Shown: piece by piece, positions 35,037-42,846 of the stretch
Position numbering within the stretch: position 1 is the stretch's first letter
Layout of the letters: each line of letters opens with the position of its first letter
Origin: Verrucomicrobiales bacterium
GTDB lineage: Bacteria; Verrucomicrobiota; Verrucomicrobiia; Limisphaerales; JAFMIX01
NCBI GenBank assembly: GCA_031371425.1
Contig: JANMJO010000221.1
Span: 1-42,846, forward strand
DNA: 42,846 nucleotides
Direction: 5' to 3'
The notes under the pieces: generated by a model
Seen by the model: the letters and a program-made list of their open reading frames with translations, nothing else
Told to the model about the DNA's origin: nothing
Databases searched by the model: none
Translations under genes and position numbers: made by a program

Positions 35037-36257
35037 TCAATTTCCCTCCGGCTTGGTGATGTCGCGCAACGAACTGGATGGCATCACAAACGTTTTCGGC
35101 GAGTCCGGGTGTTCGGGATTAAATTGTGCGGCGTCGCTGGCGATGAACCGGGCCAGCGCGGGAACAGCCGCGCGGATGCCCTCGACCACGCAACGGGCGA
35201 GTTCGTAGCTGCTGTAATTATTGTGGTGCGTGCCGTCCTGAAACGCGCAGTCGAGGTCCGTGCCGAGTGCGCGGTAGAATTTCAAGCTCATCGCGTGGAG
35301 GTCCACGAGCGGCACACCGTCCTCGGCGGCGACAGCGCGGACGGCGTCCGGGTAGCGGCCCAGGGTGTTGCCGTTCACGCCGGCCTTGCGTTCCATGGAG
35401 GTGATTAGCACGGGCGTCGCGCCCTTGGCGCGGGCGGCGGCGACGAGCTTCTTGAGGTTCGTCTGGTAGATTGCGAGCGCGTTGGTGGCATTGTCCTTCA
35501 TGTCATTGTGGCCAAACTGGAGCAGGAGAAAATCGCCGGGGCGCATCACGCTGAAGATTTTGTCGAAGCGATGCGCGCCGAGGGAGCTTCTGATGGATTC
35601 GCCGCTGCGGGCGTAATTCGCCACGGCCACCTGCCCGTTGAAAAAGCGCGGCAGCATCTGCCCCCAACTGTTCCACGGCTCGCGAGGCTGGTCGCAGACG
35701 GTCGAGTCGCCGGCGATGAAAATGGTGGCGACGTTGGTGGCGGGCGCGATCTCCAGCGAACGCACGACCGCCCGCGCGCCATTGAATTCAAGCGTCAGCT
35801 TGTCGTCCCACGTCGTGGTTTCGTTCGTCAATTCATTCCCCTTGAGGCGCACTTTCCCGCCGGGATATTCGACGGTGCGCGTGTTGACGATGAAGCTGCG
35901 CGTGACCGTCGCACCTTTCGTGGTTGTGACGTTTTCCAACATGAGCCGGCGCGCCTCGGCTTTCACGGTGTTGGCCGACGTGCCGGATTTGTCGCCGAAC
36001 GTGACGGTGACGCGGTGATTGCCCTCGGGCAAGACGATGGAAAAGTAAAACGGCGTGTCAGCCGTCACGCCGCCATCCGGCAAGCTGGCAAGCTTCGCGC
36101 CCGGCTCGAAACCGAAACCGGCTGCGCTCGAATAGACATTCGTCGGCGAGTCGCCGCCGGGTAGAAAGTCGAAGCGACGACCGGCGGAATCTTCGCCTGC
36201 GTTGGCGAGTGAACCGGACAACAGACTCAACAGGAGCAAATGTTTCAGCAGGGTCAT
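35037..36257 (-). CDS. Rhamnogalacturonan acetylesterase (CE12, SGNH hydrolase) with N-terminal beta-sandwich
   Basis: Start at MTLLKHLLLLSLLSGSLANA (ATG 36257, 4 nt after the upstream stop). SGNH block I is IFIAGDSTVCDQ, block III is FGHNDMK, and block V is QDGTHHNNYSSYELA. Confidence 0.85.
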   Translation of the reverse strand: MTLLKHLLLLSLLSGSLANAGEDSAGRRFDFLPGGDSPTNVYSSAAGFGFEPGAKLASLPDGGVTADTPFYFSIVLPEGNHRVTVTFGDKSGTSANTVKAEARRLMLENVTTTKGATVTRSFIVNTRTVEYPGGKVRLKGNELTNETTTWDDKLTLEFNGARAVVRSLEIAPATNVATIFIAGDSTVCDQPREPWNSWGQMLPRFFNGQVAVANYARSGESIRSSLGAHRFDKIFSVMRPGDFLLLQFGHNDMKDNATNALAIYQTNLKKLVAAARAKGATPVLITSMERKAGVNGNTLGRYPDAVRAVAAEDGVPLVDLHAMSLKFYRALGTDLDCAFQDGTHHNNYSSYELARCVVEGIRAAVPALARFIASDAAQFNPEHPDSPKTFVMPSSSLRDITKPEGN

Positions 36258-36261
36258 AAAT

Positions 36262-39200
36262 TTACGGCACAAGCAGCCGGTAGAACTGGAACAGTTGATT
36301 TTGGTTGATGGCGTTGGTGTAGGCGAAGCCGCCGCTGGAGTCGAAAACATTCGTAGCCTGCCGCGTCCAGCTCGCTATCGGCAACAGCAGATTCGTAGTG
36401 CTCAACACGTAGCAACTCATGCCCGGCGTGCCGCCCTGGCTGATGAAAACCAGACTGCTGCCGACCAAACTCGCGCTGCCGAACTGGGGCGCGGCGAGAT
36501 AGCTGACGGTGATTCGGCTGCTGGTATTGAGCGCGTTGGTGTTCCACACGAGGCCGTCATCCAGCACGGGCAAGCTGACGCTGGCGAATGCGCTGCCGTA
36601 GCTGCCGGCGTTGTAGAGCTTGAAGGTATCGCCCGCAACCAGCGCGTTGGTGGTGATGTTTGTGACGACGAGCAGACCGCCGCTGGTGAGCGCGCCGGAA
36701 ATATTCACGACATCATTCGTCGCAGTCGCCTTGCTGATCTCGAAGAAGTTTGTGCAACCGGCGGCGAGCGTGAGCGTGCCGGTGAAAGTGAGCGTGCCGA
36801 TTCCCGCGCCGGGCGAGAGCGTGCCGCCGGACTGCACGGTGGCCACGCCGCCGAGAATGCCGTTGCCGCCGAGCGTCGCGCCGGACGCGATGCTCACAGC
36901 GCCGGACGCGGCGGAGTTGTTGCCGTTCACGAGCAACGTGCCGCCGCTGATGATGGTTGCGCCGGTGTGGATGTTCGTGCCGGAAAGCGTGAGCGTGCCG
37001 GTGCCGGATTTGGTGAAGTTGTTCGTGCCGTTCAAGAAGCCGGCGAACGCGGTCGTGCTGTTGTTGCCGCCGGCGATGAGGCTGCCGGAAGTCAGCTTCA
37101 CCTCGCTGCCGGTGACGCCGGCGAGCGAGCCGATGGTCTGGGTCTGGCCGCTGGAGTTTTCGAGCTTGCTGGTCGCGCCGGCGAGATTGACCGCGCTTGC
37201 GCTGGACAGCGCGCCGCCGCCGGTGGCGAGGTTGAGGGTTTCGATGATGGCGTTGGGGCCGGCGGTGTGCAGGGACTGAAGCTGGTTGGTCGTCAGCGCA
37301 CGCTGCCAGAGGCGGACTTCGTTGTAGCTGGCGCTGGAGGTGTTGTCGCCGGTGAATTCAGAGTGGCCGAGCCAGAGGTTGGTGGCGACGAATGCGGCGA
37401 GGGTGTTCGTGGAGCTGAACGTTCCGCGCGCGGCACCGAGCGTGGAGTTCGTGGCGGAGGCGCGATACCAAGTCACGCGTGTGTTGCCGTTCACGCCAGC
37501 GCCGGGCTCGATGACCATGGCGATGTGGAATTCCACGCCTAGGGTGTAGGGCTGACAGGAATTAAAGACGGTGGAAGTCACGGTGTCCTTCCACTCGACG
37601 AGATCGGTGGTCAACGTCGTGGCGGTCGTCCAAGACATGGTCAGATATTCGGTGGTGGCTGTGCCGAAGTCGAAGATGCGCGCCCAATTCTGGATGGCGT
37701 TCTGCGTGGCCCAAAGCTCGATGGTCACGGGCGAAGTGGTGTTCGGCAGGAGGTTCGCGCCGAGACTGACGTAATCGGAGGTGGCGGAAGTGCCGCCGGC
37801 GAGCGTGAGGTTCGTGGCGCCAAGTGTGACGTTGTTCGCGCCCACGTCCACGATGGCTGCGGGGCTGCCGCCGACGGAATCGGCGAGGCTGTTGTTGAAG
37901 CTCCAGCGGTTGGCGAGGCCGTTGCCGACGGCGAGCGCGCGGAGGGTGCCGGCGTTGATGACGGTGGCGCTGGTGTAGCTGTTGGAGTTAGCGAGGGACA
38001 GCATTCCGCTGCCGGACTTGGTGAGGGAGTTGGTGCCGGTGATGTTGCCGCCGCTGAAGATGTAATCTTTGGTGGCGTTGACGGTGGTTGAGCCGGGTTG
38101 CGCGGCGGTGGTGAGGAGGATGGGGAGGTTGTTGGAGCCGCTGTCGTTGAACGTGACGTTCTCGTTGTTCAGGAAGTAGGCGGCAAAATTATTTGTGTCC
38201 AGCCAGTTGAGGGTGGTGTTGATGTCCCACGCGTTGATTGCGCCGTCGCCCTTCCAGATGAGGGATCGCGGGCCGCCGGTGCTGACGACGGTGAGTGTGC
38301 CGTTGGTCCGCAGGGCGGAGACATCCCAAGACAGGCCGGCACCAAGCGGCGGGAGGTTGTAAGTGGCGAAGGAGGTCGCGCCGTTGGCGACGGCGGCGAA
38401 GATTTTGAAGCTGTCGCCGCCCGTGAGCGTGCCGCCGAGGTTGACCACCTGCAACGTGCCGCCGAGCGTGAGCGTGCCGGACACGGTGATGAGGTCGTTG
38501 GTCTTTGGACTCTTGCTCAATTCCAAATACGTCGAGCTGCCAGCGGCGAGGGTGAGGTTGTTGCTGACGGTCAAGTTGGCAAAGTTTGGGCCGGGCGAAA
38601 GCCAGCCATTCAAGGTGGTGGCTCCGCCGATGATGCCGGAGCCGCCGAGCGTGCCGGCGGCGGCGATGGTGACGGCACCGGAGGCGGCGGATTGATTTCC
38701 GTGAATGACCAGAGTGCCGGTGTTGACGGTGGTGTTGCCGGTGTAGGTGTTGTTGCCGGTCAATGTCCACGAGCCGTTCCCGACTTTGGTGATGGAGTTG
38801 CCGGTGATGGTGCCGTCGTAGGTGGCGTCGGTGTTTTTCGCGCCGACGGTCCAGGGCGTGCCGTTCATGGTGGAGAGCGCGCCGCCGGAGACGGCGCCAA
38901 GGGAGACGCCGCTGCCGCTGACGTGGTAGGCGTAGATGTGGTCGGCGAAGTTCACGCTGGCGTTGGCGTAGCTGGCGGTGTTGCCGATGCGGAAATCACC
39001 GCCGTTGGCGTCGGTGCCGATGTTGAGCTGGCCGGTGAAGGCGGACCAGTTGCCATCGAGTTCGGTGCGGACGTAATAGACGTTGAAATTCAATGTGCCG
39101 CCGCCGGTGAGGGAGCCGTAGAGATTGACGCGGTCGTCGGCGTAGATGGTGCCGGTGGAGTTGGTCGGCACGGTGAGATTCCAGTAGCAGGTGTCGTAGG

Positions 39201-42200
39201 TGCCGGAGTCGCTGAACATGGTGAGCGTGCCGCCGTCGAGGGTGACGAGGCCGTTGCCGAGGGCGTATTGGTTGGCGTTGCCGCCGCCGAGGGAGAGATT
39301 GCCGGCTTTGATGATGACGCCGCCGGTGAAGTTGTTGCTGGCGTTGAGGGCGAGTGTGCCTAGGCCGAGTTTCTGCAACACGCCGCCGCCGGTGATGAGA
39401 CCGGCGATGGTGACTTGGTCGGCGGCGTTGGTGATATCGAGGGTGTTCGTGCCGGCGTTCAGGGTCATGCCTCGGTCGGTGTAGGATTCGGCCAGGATAC
39501 GGAGCGTGGGGCTGCCGGATAAAATCAGATTCGTTGAACCGCCGGGCGGATTGCCGAGCGGGCTGGGGTAGCCGACGGCGTCGAGTTTGGCGATGGCGAG
39601 GGTGCCGCCGGCGAGGGTGGTCTTGCCGGTGAATGTGTTGTTGATGGCGGTGAGGGTGAGCGTGCCGGAGTTGGTTTTCAGAAGACTCGCGGTGCCGATG
39701 ATCGCGCCGCTGCCGGCGAGGGTGTAATTGGTGGCGCTGTCCACGAGGATGCCGGCGCAAGTGAGGTCGCCGGTGAGTGTGGCGATGAGGTTGGTTGCGC
39801 CGGTGTTGTCGAAGCGGACGGTGTCGCCGGGGGCGAACTGGTCTTTCGCGGCGGCGTTGAGCCAGTTGCTTGATGTCAGCAAATCCCACGTATTGCCGCC
39901 GCTGCCGCCGGTCCAGGTGATGGTGGCGGGCGCGCGATAACTTTTCACGACGAGCGCAATCTGGCCGAACGGGTTGGAGAGGACGACGGGGATGCCGCTG
40001 ATGCCGGTGATGTCGAGGGTGGAGATCGAGCCGATGAGGGCGCCGGAGTAATTGATGAGGGGATAGACGGTGCCGGCGGGGAGGTTGGTGTTGATGCGAT
40101 TGATGACGATGTGGTTGGTGCCGGTGAGGGTGAGGTTGCCGGTGATGGTGATGAGGTCGTTGGTTTTCGTCGTGCCGGTGGGGTCATCGGATAAATCGAA
40201 TCGGCAGAACGCGCCGTCCACGAGGGTGAGGCCGTTGGAGATGGTGAGGGTGCCGGGGGAGTTGTTGCCGTTGCCGGGCGAGACGCTGCCGCCGCGATAG
40301 ATTGTTGCGCCCTGCTGGACGAGGCCGCTGCCGCCGATGGCGCCATCGAGCCAGATGCCGCCACGGACGGTGACGGGAGAGCTGGATAATTTTCCGTTCA
40401 CGAGGAGCGGACCTTCCCAGATGGTGGTGGTGCCGGAGAAATCATTTGTGCCGGTCAGAGTGAGTCTGCCCGCGCCGGCTTTGGTGAGTTTCATCGTGCC
40501 GCTCAATGATCCGGCGGTGTTGTCGAAGGTGTAATCTTTGGGGGAATAGACGGTCACATCGCCGGGTGTGAGCGTGCCGGTGATGGCGATGGCGGTGGTG
40601 TTCGAGCCAGTGAGGTCGAAGAGGACGGTGTTGGTGCTGGCGAAAGCGGCGGGGTTGGTGTTGGCGTTGCCGACGACGGTCCAGTTGGTGCGCCAGTTGG
40701 CGGTGCTGTCATCCCACGCATTGCCGGTGTCGCCGCGCCAGACGAGGAGGGTGTCGGTCTGCGGCGGCGGTTGCGCTGGCTGCATTTGTTCGCCGAGGTA
40801 GAAGTCGGTGTAGCTCGACTGATAATAACCTTTGAAGGTGCATTGCACGCGGTATTGCGGGTTCTGCATGAGGCAGCAGAGGCGGTTCGTGGCGGCGAGG
40901 GTGGTGGCGAAGATGCGGAGTTCGGAATAGTCGTTGGCCATGCAGATGAATTCCTCGCGCCAGTCGCCGAGAATGTCGCCTATCATCGTCGGTCGTCCGC
41001 CATACGCGGTGTGGACGGCGTCGTTATAGACTGAATACATCCGCCCGGCGGAGCTGGTGGCGTAGTTCCATTTGTTGATGACGGGGTTGAAGCCGTTGCC
41101 ATCCGCCGCGCTCAACATCTCGCGCTGGTTATCGGCGTCCCACCAGAGGCCGAGTGAGGGGAAAGTTCCGGTGGCGCTGATTGGGTTGCCTTTGGAATCA
41201 AAAACTCCGGGCTGCGTGGAAAAAACTTCCATGCCGCGATAACGCGGGTCCATATCCAGAACGTCGCCGCGACCGACATCCGTGATGACTGCCGAATACC
41301 ATTTTTTGAAGAGCGTGCCGCTGCCCATGTCCTGCAACGATGTGGCGAGCAGCGTCTGATTGAGTTGCTGGATGGCATACATCTCCAGGCCGGGGCGGTC
41401 GGGATCAATGTCGGTGATGTGGTAGCGGTCGCCGTGCACCAGCTCGGTGGAGTAGCGCGTCACCGGCACGCCGTTGCTATCGGAGATGACACCGCCGATG
41501 CGGACCATGTCATCCTTGCCGTCGTGGTTGGCGTCGGCGATGCGGAGTTGATGACCTTCGGAATCGTTCTGGCCGTTGGGCGTCTGGTAGAGCCAGCGCT
41601 GCGTGAGTTGGCCGTTGCGATAATCCCACGCCACTGACAGACGCTGAAACGAACCGCTGCCCACGCGGTTCTCGCCGCTGAACACGATGCTCGGCTGCAC
41701 GCCATCGAGATAAAGAACGCCGGCGTGGCAGTTCAGCGGGCCGTCCGCGAAATACGGATTCGGAATCACCGCCCGCGCCTTCTCCGCGCCGGTCAACCCG
41801 TCAACGATGGAAAGAAACTGGGTCACGTTATTATTTGTCGTCACGGAGAACATCGCTACGCCGGCGGCGTTGGCGCAGGTCGTGCCGTTCGCCGTGCGCA
41901 CGATGACCTCGGCCTTGCCGTCGCCATCGAGGTCGTAAACGGTCACGTTGTCCTTGTCGCCGACACAGATTGCCGCAGCGTCGGGCTCGTAGGCGTTTGA
42001 GGTGTTGGTGCTGTTGAAGCCCATGTTCATCTGCCAAAGCAAAGTGCCATCGCGCTTGTAAGCCTGGAGATATTGGTTCACGCCGCCGGTCGTGGACAGA
42101 CGGTCCACAAGGAAATCGTATTCGCCATCGCCGTCAAAATCGCCGACCCAGCAGAACTTCGTGTCGTAAGGCGGATACGCCCCTCCCGCTACTGGCTGGA

Positions 42201-42603
42201 GCGGGACGGAAAAATATTGCTTCACCGCCGAGTTCGCAGCGAGTCCCCACGGCGCGCTCGGCGTTCCGGCCACATGAGTCGTCAAGTTGGTGGGCGTGAC
42301 ATACCAGTAGTTCGTGACCGTAAAGCTGGCCGTTGTATCTAGGAAGCTCGTGGTGCTGGTGATGGGCGCGGAGTTCAACTTCACTGCCGCTGCGCCATTG
42401 GCCGAGCGATAGACGTTGAAGCTGATGTCGGACGGGTCATTCGCCAGCAAGCGCCAACTGACATACGCCTGCGAAGTCGCCGAGTGCAGCACCAACACAC
42501 CGCGCCCTAGTTTTTCCATCTGGCGCTGGGCTTGAACGGAGGACACCGCCGCCGCGAGCAGGACAACGGCGCAGAGGCGGCAATAGAGTGTTCCGACATT
42601 CAT
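36262..42603 (-). CDS. Giant (2,113 aa) PL11 rhamnogalacturonan lyase fused to PATR beta-strand repeats and a LamG-like module
   Basis: Signal peptide present. aa ~27-605 (nt ~40789-42525) show PL11/YesW-like features: MEKLGRGVLV...YVSWRLL...ISFNVYR, the calcium/FG-GAP-like blades WVGDFDGDGEYDFLVDR, VYDLDGDGKAEVIVRT, IADANHDGKDDMVRIGG and HGDRYHITDIDPDRPGLEMY, and an ending ...YTDFYLG. At least 6 PATR units follow (e.g. KVGNGSWTLTGNNTYTGNTTVNTGTLVI). A LamG/ConA-like module occupies aa ~1565-1780 (nt ~37264-37911; NRWSFNNSLADSVGG...YNEVRLWQRALTTNQLQSL). The C-terminus is ...QFYRLLVP. Confidence 0.9.
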   Translation of the reverse strand: MNVGTLYCRLCAVVLLAAAVSSVQAQRQMEKLGRGVLVLHSATSQAYVSWRLLANDPSDISFNVYRSANGAAAVKLNSAPITSTTSFLDTTASFTVTNYWYVTPTNLTTHVAGTPSAPWGLAANSAVKQYFSVPLQPVAGGAYPPYDTKFCWVGDFDGDGEYDFLVDRLSTTGGVNQYLQAYKRDGTLLWQMNMGFNSTNTSNAYEPDAAAICVGDKDNVTVYDLDGDGKAEVIVRTANGTTCANAAGVAMFSVTTNNNVTQFLSIVDGLTGAEKARAVIPNPYFADGPLNCHAGVLYLDGVQPSIVFSGENRVGSGSFQRLSVAWDYRNGQLTQRWLYQTPNGQNDSEGHQLRIADANHDGKDDMVRIGGVISDSNGVPVTRYSTELVHGDRYHITDIDPDRPGLEMYAIQQLNQTLLATSLQDMGSGTLFKKWYSAVITDVGRGDVLDMDPRYRGMEVFSTQPGVFDSKGNPISATGTFPSLGLWWDADNQREMLSAADGNGFNPVINKWNYATSSAGRMYSVYNDAVHTAYGGRPTMIGDILGDWREEFICMANDYSELRIFATTLAATNRLCCLMQNPQYRVQCTFKGYYQSSYTDFYLGEQMQPAQPPPQTDTLLVWRGDTGNAWDDSTANWRTNWTVVGNANTNPAAFASTNTVLFDLTGSNTTAIAITGTLTPGDVTVYSPKDYTFDNTAGSLSGTMKLTKAGAGRLTLTGTNDFSGTTTIWEGPLLVNGKLSSSPVTVRGGIWLDGAIGGSGLVQQGATIYRGGSVSPGNGNNSPGTLTISNGLTLVDGAFCRFDLSDDPTGTTKTNDLITITGNLTLTGTNHIVINRINTNLPAGTVYPLINYSGALIGSISTLDITGISGIPVVLSNPFGQIALVVKSYRAPATITWTGGSGGNTWDLLTSSNWLNAAAKDQFAPGDTVRFDNTGATNLIATLTGDLTCAGILVDSATNYTLAGSGAIIGTASLLKTNSGTLTLTAINNTFTGKTTLAGGTLAIAKLDAVGYPSPLGNPPGGSTNLILSGSPTLRILAESYTDRGMTLNAGTNTLDITNAADQVTIAGLITGGGVLQKLGLGTLALNASNNFTGGVIIKAGNLSLGGGNANQYALGNGLVTLDGGTLTMFSDSGTYDTCYWNLTVPTNSTGTIYADDRVNLYGSLTGGGTLNFNVYYVRTELDGNWSAFTGQLNIGTDANGGDFRIGNTASYANASVNFADHIYAYHVSGSGVSLGAVSGGALSTMNGTPWTVGAKNTDATYDGTITGNSITKVGNGSWTLTGNNTYTGNTTVNTGTLVIHGNQSAASGAVTIAAAGTLGGSGIIGGATTLNGWLSPGPNFANLTVSNNLTLAAGSSTYLELSKSPKTNDLITVSGTLTLGGTLQVVNLGGTLTGGDSFKIFAAVANGATSFATYNLPPLGAGLSWDVSALRTNGTLTVVSTGGPRSLIWKGDGAINAWDINTTLNWLDTNNFAAYFLNNENVTFNDSGSNNLPILLTTAAQPGSTTVNATKDYIFSGGNITGTNSLTKSGSGMLSLANSNSYTSATVINAGTLRALAVGNGLANRWSFNNSLADSVGGSPAAIVDVGANNVTLGATNLTLAGGTSATSDYVSLGANLLPNTTSPVTIELWATQNAIQNWARIFDFGTATTEYLTMSWTTATTLTTDLVEWKDTVTSTVFNSCQPYTLGVEFHIAMVIEPGAGVNGNTRVTWYRASATNSTLGAARGTFSSTNTLAAFVATNLWLGHSEFTGDNTSSASYNEVRLWQRALTTNQLQSLHTAGPNAIIETLNLATGGGALSSASAVNLAGATSKLENSSGQTQTIGSLAGVTGSEVKLTSGSLIAGGNNSTTAFAGFLNGTNNFTKSGTGTLTLSGTNIHTGATIISGGTLLVNGNNSAASGAVSIASGATLGGNGILGGVATVQSGGTLSPGAGIGTLTFTGTLTLAAGCTNFFEISKATATNDVVNISGALTSGGLLVVTNITTNALVAGDTFKLYNAGSYGSAFASVSLPVLDDGLVWNTNALNTSSRITVSYLAAPQFGSASLVGSSLVFISQGGTPGMSCYVLSTTNLLLPIASWTRQATNVFDSSGGFAYTNAINQNQLFQFYRLLVP

Positions 42604-42720
42604 AGGTATCGCGGAACGCTACTCCTTTCCGAAAGCGATAGCTAATCACCCAAATTGGTGAGACGCAGCCAGACCCGCTCGTTGCCACGGGTTCTTCGCT
42701 GTTTTCGGTGGAGCCAAACC

Positions 42721-42771
42721 GCCCTCACCCCTAACCCCTCTCCCATCGGATGGGAGAGGGGGACAGCGGGC
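42721..42771. repeat. Third copy of the 'ccctcaYcc + ctctccc hairpin' intergenic repeat family
   Basis: gccctcacccctaa is followed by a perfect 11-bp hairpin cccctctccca (42735-42745), loop tcgga, then tgggagagggg (42751-42761). It has the same architecture and orientation as element A at 11636-11677 and lies in the 5' region of the giant PL11 gene. Confidence 0.7.
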
Positions 42772-42846
42772 GGAGGTTTGCTGGGCTGCGGATGCCGGCT
42801 GGATGAACACAGTAGTTGCCAATTCGTTGAACAGTCCCGGCGCGTG

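Noticed and set aside
1-42846. Search for CRISPR arrays, transposases, integrases, toxin-antitoxin or phage-defence genes
   Set aside because: No spaced direct repeats and no ORFs with nuclease, helicase, reverse-transcriptase or recombinase signatures were seen. The repeats present are palindromic REP/MITE-like elements.

Overview
GC-rich window whose gene content points to a Verrucomicrobiota/PVC-type chromosome: a PEP-CTERM protein, giant proteins built from autotransporter-associated (PATR) beta-strand repeats, and 'PLTPALSP/GEG'-type palindromic intergenic repeats. The left 16 kb mixes housekeeping genes (ychF 5'-partial, accD, comF, tRNA-Ala-GGC, HAD hydrolase, ferredoxin, FmdB zinc ribbon) with two accessory modules. 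The first is an envelope glycosylation cassette: a GT-C/ArnT-like transferase, a GT2 polyprenyl-phosphate glycosyltransferase carrying an in-frame TAG, a SAM methyltransferase, and a convergent acyltransferase-3. The second is an isolated two-gene PilB/GspE-type ATPase module with no other pilus or secretion genes, written almost entirely in C- or A-ending codons unlike any neighbouring gene. It is followed by a 450-bp convergent intergenic region packed with nested palindromic repeats. The right 26 kb is entirely minus-strand. It holds a 1,717-aa PATR/Flg_new/YDG/cadherin-like giant protein followed by a PEP-CTERM P-domain protein. It then holds a ~20-kb tightly packed pectin (rhamnogalacturonan-I/galactan) locus: a 2,113-aa PL11 lyase fused to PATR repeats and a LamG module, CE12 acetylesterase, GH2, GH53, an uncharacterised 859-aa secreted protein, a second GH2, a PL4 lyase, and a solitary sugar-binding protein. 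The most interesting candidates are the giant PL11 fusion, the C-terminal module it shares with the other giant, the unknown 859-aa operon member, the codon-anomalous orphan ATPase pair, and the amber-interrupted GT2. No CRISPR array, transposase, integrase or recognisable defence genes were seen. All family assignments come from motif recognition by eye and need HMM or structure confirmation.
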